From NCBI GenBank assembly GCA_038211475.1, contig JBBQVN010000005.1:4863-68862 (forward strand): a DNA stretch of 64,000 nt, written 5' to 3'. The notes under the pieces were generated by a model, which was not told where the DNA came from, made no database searches, and was given only the letters and a program-made list of their open reading frames with translations. A program made the position numbers and the translations under genes. Positions 8,376 to 17,285 of the stretch are shown here, in pieces. Position 1 is the first letter of the stretch. Each line of letters begins with the position of its first letter. The DNA is from Terriglobales bacterium. Its GTDB lineage: Bacteria; Acidobacteriota; Terriglobia; Terriglobales; Acidobacteriaceae.

Positions 8376-8848
8376 AACCTCCTTCCAAATTTCCTGCTAA
8401 TGAGACGAAGCACCGCTACCGTAAGGCTAGCGATTCTGTCTGGCCGTCGAAATCCGGTTTTAACCTTAGCCGGACCCGGAATCCGCCTCACCTTTCCGGT
8501 CTCCCATCAATCCGGGGGGCTCTCCCCAAAACGGCGCTTGCCGCCGGTCGTTCATTTCAGCGCTTGCCGCGCTTCGTTGATTTCATCGCTTGCCACGCCT
8601 GTTTCGAGCCCCTACATGAAATTCTCAGAGACCGTACACATTCGGCGGGATTTCGCCCCAATTGATTGTTGCCTATTCTTCGGAATGAGAACAAGGTCCT
8701 CGAAATGAATGCGGTTATGGGCGGCAGAATGCGAAGAGGGGCCTTTTGCCGCTCATCCTGGCTCGCTCCACAGAGGATTGGTTCCCATGCGGGTGTCAAA
8801 AGGTAGATTTCGACAAATTTTAAAAACTTCAACTCAGGAGGCTGGACG

Positions 8849-9409
8849 ATGAAAATGGAATCTTTGCGTGAATTGTATGTGGAACAACTGAAAGACCTTT
8901 ACAACGCTGAGCAGCAATTGATCAAAGCGCTTCCAAAAATGGCGAAGGCGGCTACCTCGGAAGAGCTTCGAGGCGCTTTCGAAGAACACTTGGAAAAAAC
9001 TCAGGTCCATGCGGAGCGAATTGAGACCATCTTCGAAGAGATGGGAGAGAAGGCCCAGGGGAAGAAATGCAAGGCCATGGAAGGACTGGTGAAAGAAGGG
9101 GCGGAAGTGATCCAGGAGGACATGGAGGATGAAGTGAAAGACGCCGCCTTGATCGCCGCCGCGCAGCGAGTGGAGCACTACGAAATCGCCGGCTACGGAT
9201 GCGTTCGTACCTATGCGACGCTTTTGGGCGAAACCGAGGCAGCGGACCTGCTGGCTCAGACGCTTGAAGAAGAAAAAGAAGCAGATGAGCTGCTTAGTGG
9301 AATTGCCGATCAAGTGAACGTGGAAGCGGAAGAAGAAGAGGGGGCGCAGCCCATTTCCAAGCGACAGCAAGAGAAACCGGCTGGCCGACGGTTAAAAGCT
9401 ACCGGCTAG
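8849..9409 (+). CDS. DUF892 / YciE-YciF-like ferritin-like stress protein
   Basis: LRELYVEQLKDLYNAEQQLIKALPKMAKAATSEELRGAFEEHLEKTQVHAERIE…AAAQRVEHYEIAGYG is typical of DUF892. AGGAGG lies 7 nt upstream of the ATG. Confidence 0.9.
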   Translation: MKMESLRELYVEQLKDLYNAEQQLIKALPKMAKAATSEELRGAFEEHLEKTQVHAERIETIFEEMGEKAQGKKCKAMEGLVKEGAEVIQEDMEDEVKDAALIAAAQRVEHYEIAGYGCVRTYATLLGETEAADLLAQTLEEEKEADELLSGIADQVNVEAEEEEGAQPISKRQQEKPAGRRLKATG

Positions 9410-9474
9410 GGTGGAGTCCGCCAGACACATTCACTTGGTTCGTCGTGAGTGAGACTTAATGACGAAGAAAGGCG

Positions 9475-9511
9475 GGAGGGGATTGGCGTTGGATTTTGAT
9501 CCCCTCCTTTT
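9475..9511 (+). terminator. intrinsic terminator downstream of the DUF892 gene
   Basis: 9-bp stem GGAGGGGAT (9475-9483) / ATCCCCTCC (9499-9507) followed directly by TTTT (9508-9511). Confidence 0.6.
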
Positions 9512-9736
9512 GCAACTTCCCGTTGTGACTGACGGGTCCCGCTTAGTGGTTCGTGGAATCGCATTTTTAATTTGAATTGGAAAGATTGGCACAACTATGG
9601 CAACAGATAACAACTTGGGAAATCAGCCGGAGACAGAGGCCGGAACTGCATCCCCCACCCATTTGAAAACAGTAGTTGAACGGTCGCTTGCCATGCTCGG
9701 CGAAGACGCCCAGCCGGAGGAGCAGCCTCGCCGCAA

Positions 9737-11779
9737 TTGGCTACCCCTGCACTGCGATGCTTCGAACCTTCAAAAGCGAGTCTTGGACGATGCTGCCCAA
9801 GCTTTATCAAAATTGTGGAAAGCCACCAAACCTACCCGGGTGAATTTTCAACGCCCTGGAACGGAGCGCCGCCGCTCAACTACTTGATTCCTTCGAACAC
9901 TGCCGCGCCCTTATCCAGGCTGCTGACGCTCATCGCAGTATGCGCGGTGCTGGTTGGGTTGTTTTTCGGTCGCCCGGTACTGATCCCGCTAGCTCTAGCG
10001 ATGGTTTTTACCTTCGTGCTGGCTCCGCTGGTGGGATGGTTAGAGAAGTCGCGCGTGGGGCGCGTACCTGTAGTTGTAGTTGTGATGTTGCTGGTCTTTG
10101 CGGTGCTGGGTTCTTTAGGCTGGGTTGTTACAGGTCAATTGGCCGGAATTGTCGATCAGCTTCCAAGCTATCAAACCAATATCCAAAACAAAATTCGGTC
10201 TTTGCGTCTTCCGCGTTCAAGTCGGCTCAGGAGCGCGTCTAATACGGTCTCTGCAATAGGCAAGGAAATATCAGCGGCGTCTGCTCCAGAGGGAGATCCG
10301 AAGACCACTAAGTCCGGGGGTGGCCGGCCTATCACGGTCCAGGTATCTCCACCCACCGCCGAGGCACCACCGTTCATCCGAAGGGTCATCGGGCCACTTG
10401 CCGGGCTGCTCGAAACCTCCGCGATGGTTACCATTTTCGTGCTGTTTATGCTGCTCAAACGCGAAGATTTGCGTAATCGCCTGATCCGCCTGGTGGGGAC
10501 GGGTCATTTGAATTCGGTCACCCAGGCGCTGGATGACGCCTCAAGCCGATTGAGCCGCTACTTACTCTTTCTGTTTCTGGTGAATATGAGCTACGGGATA
10601 CTCTGCGGGCTGATTGCTTATGCAATTGGCATACCTCATGCCTTGTTGTGGGGTGTTCTGTCTGGCTTGTTACGCTTCGTTCCTTACATTGGTACGCCGA
10701 TCGCCGCAGTATTCCCATTGTTCATGGCCGTTGCTGTATTTCCGGGCTGGACTCAGGCAGGCTTGGTGTTCGGCCTGTTTCTGGTGCTTGAGCTTGTAAT
10801 TGCAAACGTGGTGGAGCCCTGGCTGTATGGGGCTCACACAGGAATCTCGTCTTTTGCAATTGTTGTCTCCGCCGTCTTCTGGGCGATCCTGTGGGGTCCT
10901 GTAGGGCTGATCTTATCCACACCGCTGACTGTTTGCCTGCTATTGCTGGGCCGGTATGTGCCGCAATTAAAGTTTCTCGAAGTGATACTCGGGGACGAAC
11001 CTGTTCTTCCCGTGGAGGCCCAGTTCTACCAACGGCTTTTGGCGCAAGACCAAGAGGAGGCCAGGGAGGTAGCGGAGACCTATCTCAAGGAGAAGCGAGT
11101 AGCCGAGTTTTACGATTCCGTTCTCATTCCCGCACTGGTGTTGGCGGAGCGAGACCGGCACACCAGTGCACTGGATGAGGAAAAATCCAATTTCATTTTT
11201 CAGAGCGCGCGTGAACTTATTGAAGAGTTGGGCGAGCGAGATGTAGAAGAATCGGCTACACCCACTTCAGAGGGGCTGGCTCGGAATGAAACGCCTCCTG
11301 CGGCGTTAGCCGGCATGCGAATTTACTGTCTCCCCGCCCTGGATGACGCGGACGAACTGGTAGCGATGATGCTGGGCCAGTTACTTACTCGCCTAGGGTG
11401 CGATTTTCATCAGCTCCCAATCGAGGCGCAGTCAACTATGGCGGAGATAAAAGAGGGCCCATCTTGCGCGGTGGTCATTTCTGCTCTTCCCCCTCTCGCA
11501 TTTGGTCCAACCCGCGCACTGTATCGGCGAGTGTTACAGGCCAGTCCTAACCTGAACCTCATCGTGGGTTTGTGGAGCGTGGAACAAAATGTAGCCAAGG
11601 CTGCCGAGCGGCTGGGGCTGCATGACGCGAACAAGGTTGCGACTAGCTTGCGGGATGCGGTTTCAATGCTCGGGCAACCAAAACGCTCGGGCAACCACAC
11701 TGACGCTCCGAGCGGCATGGTCGAGACAGCCGCTCCGAGCGTCGCGATCAAGGAACACGTGGGAGCAGCTAACCCTTAG
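9737..11779 (+). CDS. AI-2E family (UPF0118/PerM-like) permease fused to a ~300-aa C-terminal cytoplasmic domain
   Basis: The membrane core (LIPLALAMVFTFVLAPLVGWLEK…VEPWLYGAHTGISSFAIVVSAVFWAILWGPVGLILSTPLTVCLL) is typical of AI-2E. The C-terminal extension has a helical bundle plus a flavodoxin-like alternating beta/alpha pattern. The start is uncertain: there is an in-frame TTG at 9884 just before the first TM segment, and ORF 9597..9887 overlaps in another frame. Confidence 0.85.
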   Translation: MATPALRCFEPSKASLGRCCPSFIKIVESHQTYPGEFSTPWNGAPPLNYLIPSNTAAPLSRLLTLIAVCAVLVGLFFGRPVLIPLALAMVFTFVLAPLVGWLEKSRVGRVPVVVVVMLLVFAVLGSLGWVVTGQLAGIVDQLPSYQTNIQNKIRSLRLPRSSRLRSASNTVSAIGKEISAASAPEGDPKTTKSGGGRPITVQVSPPTAEAPPFIRRVIGPLAGLLETSAMVTIFVLFMLLKREDLRNRLIRLVGTGHLNSVTQALDDASSRLSRYLLFLFLVNMSYGILCGLIAYAIGIPHALLWGVLSGLLRFVPYIGTPIAAVFPLFMAVAVFPGWTQAGLVFGLFLVLELVIANVVEPWLYGAHTGISSFAIVVSAVFWAILWGPVGLILSTPLTVCLLLLGRYVPQLKFLEVILGDEPVLPVEAQFYQRLLAQDQEEAREVAETYLKEKRVAEFYDSVLIPALVLAERDRHTSALDEEKSNFIFQSARELIEELGERDVEESATPTSEGLARNETPPAALAGMRIYCLPALDDADELVAMMLGQLLTRLGCDFHQLPIEAQSTMAEIKEGPSCAVVISALPPLAFGPTRALYRRVLQASPNLNLIVGLWSVEQNVAKAAERLGLHDANKVATSLRDAVSMLGQPKRSGNHTDAPSGMVETAAPSVAIKEHVGAANP

Positions 11780-11900
11780 CTTGGCTTTTAAGAATTTGTT
11801 CCCGACGGGGCCACCTATGGGTTGCTCGATGCAACTAAGGCAGACGAACGGTGCATAAATATGCAATGTGCGCCGATAACAGTAATTTAAGGAGTGAACC

Positions 11901-12056
11901 ATGGCAAATAGAAACGAGCCAGCCTCGAACCAGCAGGATAGCGGAAAGAGCGGGCAGTCCCAAAAGCAGGGGGACAACCAGCGTTCAAACCAGCAGCAGG
12001 ACTCGTCCAAGAACAAGGGCGGCTCCGGGAACCAGCAGAACGACAAGAATCGTTAA
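11901..12056 (+). CDS. small hydrophilin-like protein (51 aa, Q/N/S/K/G-rich)
   Basis: Not in the ORF track (<60 aa). ATG at 11901 is preceded by AAGGAG with 6-nt spacing. Product is MANRNEPASNQQDSGKSGQSQKQGDNQRSNQQQDSSKNKGGSGNQQNDKNR*. A GC hairpin follows at 12080-12101. Confidence 0.55.
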   Translation: MANRNEPASNQQDSGKSGQSQKQGDNQRSNQQQDSSKNKGGSGNQQNDKNR

Positions 12057-12079
12057 CTGCGTAGCGCATTGGTTAGGTG

Positions 12080-12101
12080 CCCCCGGCGAACCTGCCGGGG
12101 G
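12080..12101 (+). terminator. GC-rich hairpin downstream of the small hydrophilic ORF (no U-tract)
   Basis: Stem CCCCCGGC (12080-12087), loop GAACCT, stem GCCGGGGG (12094-12101). The downstream sequence is not T-rich. Confidence 0.35.
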
Positions 12102-12466
12102 ATCTGGCCTTCGCGGCATGAAGTAACAACCAGACGATGCCCGTCGTCTCGAAGCTCTTCCCCGCGGCACGGCTTTCGAACAGCACTACGAAGTTCATCG
12201 CAAGTCAACACTACAAGTAATCCCCTCGTTTTCAAGAGTCTCCCTCATTTCCAGTTGCCTCCTGTCGGGTGATCGCTGACTGGTGCTGGATCGGTCCGCC
12301 GACATGCAATGGGATGGCTGCGCTGGCGAACAAATAGCGAATATGATAGGGTGTCCCGGTGCCGGATCGAAGAGCAGAAGAGGGGACGCGGCGGGCCGGG
12401 GACTTGAGGCGGGAGCTGAGCACCAGAAGCCAGCAAATCGCGGTCACGACAGGATCGCTCCATGAA

Positions 12467-13204
12467 ATGACCGCAGCCGAGACGCCGAGCGTTATTTTTG
12501 GCTGCGATGAAGCCGGCCAGCACGGAAATTTCTATCCCGCCTCGTACCACAACATTTGTGCCAACCCAGAGTGGTCGCGCCGGCTCCTGAAGGTCCATAC
12601 CGGATCACGTCGCGCAATGCCCCGGGCGGGTTGGCGTTGGAGGGAACTGGATTGTGCGAACAGTTCGGATGCGTTGCTGATGAATATCTTTTGCCATCGC
12701 CGCAGGCTCAGCCCCGCCATGGGCTCCGCCTTGGGAGTGGCTCGGGGACTGATACCGCAATTTGGATTTAGGCCAGGAATTCCGCTCGGCAGCGGAAAGA
12801 CGGATCGCACCGAGATTGACATGAAAATCGGAGATCTGATGGTCGAGGCCAAGCTCACTGAGACTGATTTTCAAACGGCGCCGGCTAGCATGATTCAGAG
12901 GTATCGCGACCTGGAGGAAGTATTCGATGTGGGCGAGCTGGTGACGTCCGGCGGCATGGCCCGGAGTTATCAGTTGATTCGCGGGGTCCTTGCTGCCTAT
13001 GCCATGGGTGGCTCGTTCTGCGTTTTATGCGATGCAAGGCGGCCGGATCTGATTGAAACCTGGTATTCGGTAATGAGATCGGTCACAAGATGCGATCTAC
13101 GCTGCCGGCTGCAGTTGCTGACCTGGCAGGAAGTGACGGCTTTGCTGCCCAAGTCGTTGCAGAGATTTCTTGCGGAGAAGTACGGCATACACCGTGAACA
13201 GTGA
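12467..13204 (+). CDS. hypothetical protein with PD-(D/E)XK nuclease-like motif
   Basis: Likely start is MTAAETPSVIF (internal ATG of ORF 12359..13204). The candidate catalytic core TEIDMKIGDLMVEAKLTE fits D-x(n)-E-x-K. An upstream SSDALLMNIF element is present. No partner methylase or ATPase lies nearby. Confidence 0.6.
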   Translation: MTAAETPSVIFGCDEAGQHGNFYPASYHNICANPEWSRRLLKVHTGSRRAMPRAGWRWRELDCANSSDALLMNIFCHRRRLSPAMGSALGVARGLIPQFGFRPGIPLGSGKTDRTEIDMKIGDLMVEAKLTETDFQTAPASMIQRYRDLEEVFDVGELVTSGGMARSYQLIRGVLAAYAMGGSFCVLCDARRPDLIETWYSVMRSVTRCDLRCRLQLLTWQEVTALLPKSLQRFLAEKYGIHREQ

Positions 13205-13468
13205 GTCATGGTTTGCTCTCGAGCCATCTCCGTCACGAAATCAGCAGTGCGACAGGAAAGAAGGCAACCTTTTCTGAAGCAAGTACCCTCTTAGCTGCGT
13301 TACAGAACCCTACGAGGACTGCACGGCGCGATTCCCAGCCTCTCGTCCATGTAGCAGACTCCGAAATGTGGGCTTGCGGGTCATCTCAGGTAGAGACGAT
13401 CCGCATGCTGAACCGCCACTCGAAATGAACTCTAAGGGCAACCAGACTACGGACTCAGGAGAAACACC

Positions 13469-15586
13469 ATGGCCAAGAACAAGAATGCGATGACGAATGC
13501 CTCGCGAAAACTCAACCAGCCAAAACACTCAAGCACCAAGACGGGTGTAGCGCTGGGGAATGGCGGCGAACTGCACCAGATGGTTGGTGGAGAGCACCCT
13601 CCGCTCACCACGAACCTGGGCGTCCCAATTTCTGATGACCAAAACTCACTCAAGGCCAGTCCGCGAGGCCCGACGCTTCTCGAAGATTTCATCTTGCGTG
13701 AAAAGATCACGCACTTCGATCACGAACGGATTCCGGAGCGCATCGTTCACGCGCGAGGAACTGGAGTGCACGGCTTCTTTCAACTGACCACTTCGCTGGA
13801 GCAATACACTACCGCGCGAATACTCACCGAGGTTGGCGAGACGACTCAGGTGTTTACCCGTATATCGACAGTGGCAGGGGGCTCGGGCTCGGTCGATACG
13901 CCGCGTGATGTTCGCGGATTTGCCGTCAAGTTTTACACCAAGGAAGGAAATTGGGACCTGGTCGGCAATAACATCCCGGTATTTTTCATCCAGGATGCGA
14001 TCAAATTTCCCGACCTCATCCACGCGGTAAAAATGGAGCCCGATCGTGGCTTTCCGCAATCGGCAACCGCGCACGACACCTTCTGGGACTTCATTTCACT
14101 CACGCCTGAATCCATGCATATGGTGATGTGGATCATGTCGGATCGCACACTCCCTCGCTCGCTGCGCATGATCGAGGGCTTTGGCGTCCACAGTTTCCGG
14201 CTGATCAACGCTGCCGGAGAATCGACATTCGTTAAATTCCATTGGCGTCCCAAGCTTGGTCTGCAATCCACCATTTGGGATGAGACGGTCAAGATCGCCG
14301 GTGCTGACCAGGACTTCCACCGCCGCGACCTGTTCGAAGCCATCACGGCCGGAGATTTTCCCGAGTGGGAGTTAGCCGTTCAACTTTTCAGCGAGAAAGA
14401 TGCGGACAAATTTCCATTCGATCATCTGGATGCGACCAAGCTGATTCCCGAGGAATTGGTGCCTTTGAAAGTGATCGGGCGCATGGTGTTGGATCGTTGG
14501 CCAAATAATTTCTTTGCTGAAACCGAACAGGTTGCTTACTGTGCGTCACATCTGGTGCCGGGAATCGATTTCTCGAATGATCCTTTGTTGCACGGTCGTT
14601 TGCACTCGTATCAAGACACGCAGCTTTCGCGTTTGGGGTCGCCTAATTTCCATCAGATCCCGGTCAATGCGCCGAAGTGCCCGTTCTCAAACTATCAACG
14701 TGACGGACATATGCAGATGGAGCAGCCGCAAGGGAGGGTGGCATACGAGCCCAATTCGTTGTCGAACAATTCGCCGCGGGAAACGCCTGATGGCTTTCGT
14801 AGCGCCGCTATTACAGAATCTGGGGAGAGAGGGCGCATCCGTGCGCAGAGCTTCGCCGACCACTACAGCCAGGCGCGGCAGTTTTATTTGAGCCAAACAT
14901 CTTATGAGCAGGCGCACATCGCCTCGGCGCTGGTGTTCGAGCTGTCGAAGGTCGAACATCCGCACATACGCGAGGCCATGGTCGGCCACTTTTTAAACAT
15001 CGACGAAGACCTGGCCACACGAGTCGCACGGGGGCTAGGGATGCAGAAACTGCCAGCGGTGCCGACGCCAGCGGCTCCCGTTCGGGAGATGAAGCCTTCC
15101 CCCGCATTGCAAACTATTGGCAAGGCGAAGGACACGTTGGCAGGGCGCGCCGTAGGGATCCTGATCGCCGATGGTTCCGACGGCGGCGTTATCAACAAGA
15201 TTGAGAAAGCTGCGGTCGCTGCGGGAGCCAAAGTGAAAATTGTCGCGCCTAAAGTGGGCAGTGTGAAACTTGCCAACGGCTCAATGCTGGCTGCGGACGG
15301 ACAACTCGCAGGTACGCCGTCGGTTCTATTCGACGCAGTGGCGGTCATCCTGTCGGCCGACGGCGCAAAGACCTTGTCGACGGAAGCCGCCGCTATCGAT
15401 TTTGTACGTGATGCGTTCGGTCACCTGAAGGCAATCGCAGCAGACAAGGGTGGCAAGACGCTGTTGAAAATAGCAAACGTAGTACCGGATCCGGGCGTGG
15501 TTGATGCCAGTGATACCAGTGCGTTTATTACCGCTGCAAAGACACGGCAGTGGGATCGGGAAAAGTTGGTGCGAACGCTGGCTTAA
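13469..15586 (+). CDS. katE: large-subunit (clade 2, HPII-type) monofunctional catalase with C-terminal DJ-1/PfpI-like domain
   Basis: 705 aa. Catalase core: [40 protein letters not shown]…VRFSTV-like…RLFSYQDTQ-like [17 protein letters not shown]-terminal domain: [44 protein letters not shown] present. Confidence 0.97.
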   Translation: MAKNKNAMTNASRKLNQPKHSSTKTGVALGNGGELHQMVGGEHPPLTTNLGVPISDDQNSLKASPRGPTLLEDFILREKITHFDHERIPERIVHARGTGVHGFFQLTTSLEQYTTARILTEVGETTQVFTRISTVAGGSGSVDTPRDVRGFAVKFYTKEGNWDLVGNNIPVFFIQDAIKFPDLIHAVKMEPDRGFPQSATAHDTFWDFISLTPESMHMVMWIMSDRTLPRSLRMIEGFGVHSFRLINAAGESTFVKFHWRPKLGLQSTIWDETVKIAGADQDFHRRDLFEAITAGDFPEWELAVQLFSEKDADKFPFDHLDATKLIPEELVPLKVIGRMVLDRWPNNFFAETEQVAYCASHLVPGIDFSNDPLLHGRLHSYQDTQLSRLGSPNFHQIPVNAPKCPFSNYQRDGHMQMEQPQGRVAYEPNSLSNNSPRETPDGFRSAAITESGERGRIRAQSFADHYSQARQFYLSQTSYEQAHIASALVFELSKVEHPHIREAMVGHFLNIDEDLATRVARGLGMQKLPAVPTPAAPVREMKPSPALQTIGKAKDTLAGRAVGILIADGSDGGVINKIEKAAVAAGAKVKIVAPKVGSVKLANGSMLAADGQLAGTPSVLFDAVAVILSADGAKTLSTEAAAIDFVRDAFGHLKAIAADKGGKTLLKIANVVPDPGVVDASDTSAFITAAKTRQWDREKLVRTLA

Positions 15587-15623
15587 CTTCCATCGTACGT
15601 TCGAACTTGAGTGGCATTGGCAT

Positions 15624-15654
15624 TAGGGCTCATGGGCTTCGCCAATGAGCCCTA
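15624..15654. terminator. bidirectional terminator-like hairpin between convergent genes
   Basis: Perfect 10-bp stem TAGGGCTCAT (15624-15633) / ATGAGCCCTA (15645-15654) with an 11-nt loop. It lies between the katE stop (15586) and the stop of the minus-strand ORF (15705). There is no clear U-tract. Confidence 0.45.
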
Positions 15655-15704
15655 GAAGAAGAGCAGTCTGCCGCAGGTGGCGGCTAGCACAGGCCGATTA
15701 CAGG

Positions 15705-15992
15705 TCACTTTGAGGGGTTCGTCATCTGGGCTTCAGCCTTCTCGGATCCTTGCTGAACCTTCTTTACCGGCTTATGTGTGGCGCTCTTTGCACGATGTCC
15801 GTTTCCGAACATCAAAGGCGAGGGTTTGGCAGCGGCCCGAGCGTCTCTGCCAGTGTTTTTTGGTTCCTGGCTCACAGCGCTCGTGTGTTGAGCGGGGCTG
15901 GAGTGTTGGGCAGAACGCTGCGAAATGACAAAGGTTGAAACTGCCGTCGTGAGTATGAGTGCGAGAAAAAGGCGTGGTGCGACGTTGCGCAT
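15705..15992 (-). CDS. small secreted basic protein (95 aa), hypothetical
   Basis: Signal peptide MRNVAPRLFLALILTTAVSTFVISQ is followed by a low-complexity Lys/Ala/Ser-rich region. GGAGA lies ~6 nt upstream of the ATG. Confidence 0.5.
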   Translation of the reverse strand: MRNVAPRLFLALILTTAVSTFVISQRSAQHSSPAQHTSAVSQEPKNTGRDARAAAKPSPLMFGNGHRAKSATHKPVKKVQQGSEKAEAQMTNPSK

Positions 15993-16278
15993 GGAAGTCT
16001 CCGATCAGTGTGATGATTCTAGAGAGGCCCTTTCCCGGAGACCATTCCCCAATCCTTGTAGATTCCTGAGATTCAAACGGTAGCCATTTGGACCACGCTG
16101 CGGCGTAGTGATGCCACTCCTTTGCCGCCGGGTCTCTTTCAACCATTGCCCATCGCTCGTATTCGGCTCACCGTACGCCGGCCGCAATGCAGCCATTCGC
16201 GTTAAAAAGCCGAATTTAATGCAAACCCCATTGCGATTTGCGAATCTGAACACACGGCGGTTTAGCCGAGGAATTGTA

Positions 16279-16989
16279 ATGAGCAGCACTGTAACCAGCA
16301 GGTCCCTTCCGACCACCCGACTAACGATCGTAGCCGGGCCCAGTGCTCGACGCTGCAGGCAGAAATTTCTGCGGTTGTTTCCGCAGGGCTTCAACGACCG
16401 GACGTTTCTCGATTGGGAACGTGACTATAAATGGAAGGCGCATAAACAGTGGCAGGAACAGTTGAATCGTGACGCTTTTAGCCTCAAATTACGAGAAGGG
16501 CAATTTTTGGAAATTGGGGCGGAGGCGGTAAAGATCGAGTCTCGTACGAATCTGCTTTTTTCGTTTGAGAAAATGGCTGTTCGCGACGCTTTAAAGACGG
16601 AGAAGGGGGCGCGATTATTTGCCGAGGGTTTGTACTCCTTCCTCTATTCGGAAGGAACTGAAGAAGCGAAATTTGAGCGCTGGTGCGAAACGGTCGCTTC
16701 CCTTCCGCGCAAACAAAGCCGCGTACTCACATGGCCTTTGGCGACGGTGTTCGGGTTTATTGCTCAGCCAGCCACTCATATTTTGCTTAAACCGACGGTG
16801 ACTCGTGTGGCCGCGGGTCGGTACGGTTACGACTTTCATTACCGCTCGAAACCATCCTGGAGCACGTATGCTGATCTCCTTCAGTTTGCTGGCGAACTGC
16901 GGCGGGATCTTCGCGACCTGCATCCGCGAGACATGATCGACATCCAGTCGTTTATTTGGGTGATGGGCTCTGATGAATATGCAGAGTGA
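16279..16989 (+). CDS. hypothetical protein (236 aa), no recognised domain
   Basis: Internal ATG (MSSTVTSRSL…) of ORF 16108..16989 with GAGGA 6 nt upstream. The sequence has globular composition (FLRLFPQGFNDRTFLDWERDYKWKAHKQWQEQL…). Confidence 0.65.
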   Translation: MSSTVTSRSLPTTRLTIVAGPSARRCRQKFLRLFPQGFNDRTFLDWERDYKWKAHKQWQEQLNRDAFSLKLREGQFLEIGAEAVKIESRTNLLFSFEKMAVRDALKTEKGARLFAEGLYSFLYSEGTEEAKFERWCETVASLPRKQSRVLTWPLATVFGFIAQPATHILLKPTVTRVAAGRYGYDFHYRSKPSWSTYADLLQFAGELRRDLRDLHPRDMIDIQSFIWVMGSDEYAE

Positions 16990-17285
16990 AAGCCGCGCCA
17001 TGGTCTCGTGACCAGGGCGGAGAGGCATTCCAAACCAAGTCTCGGCATGCGAAATGCGCTCACGTCGCGCACGACGGCAGGTACCCTAGAGACGCGTTGG
17101 CGCTGCAATCCTAGCCAGTCTTAGGCATTGCCAGACCTCCGCAACCAAAGAGGAAACCGAATGCCGTTGCAAGCCATCCCGCCGGTGCCGCGCGCTGGAA
17201 ATCAGCCGAGAGAAATCGTGCGATGGAAGCGCTCGAGGGGTGTACACTGCGGCTTGTCAATCCCGATTGAAACGAGCAAATAAAT

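Noticed and set aside
8376-8848. ORFs 8400..8708 (+) and 8557..8832 (-) in the divergent intergenic region between the SYLF and DUF892 genes.
   Set aside because: They have no RBS and non-protein-like composition. The region is more likely promoter/UTR.
9597-9887. ORF 9597..9887 (+), considered as a separate gene or as the frameshifted N-terminus of the AI-2E permease.
   Set aside because: It has a weak RBS and no recognisable domain, and it overlaps the permease frame. I cannot distinguish a frameshift from a non-coding leader, so it is left unannotated (see the sigma-54-like motif finding).
16990-17285. Looked for a cobalamin riboswitch upstream of the TonB-dependent receptor, given the two B12-dependent radical SAM genes in the window.
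   Set aside because: No B12-box-like sequence or conserved core was recognisable by eye. An Infernal scan would be needed to exclude it.
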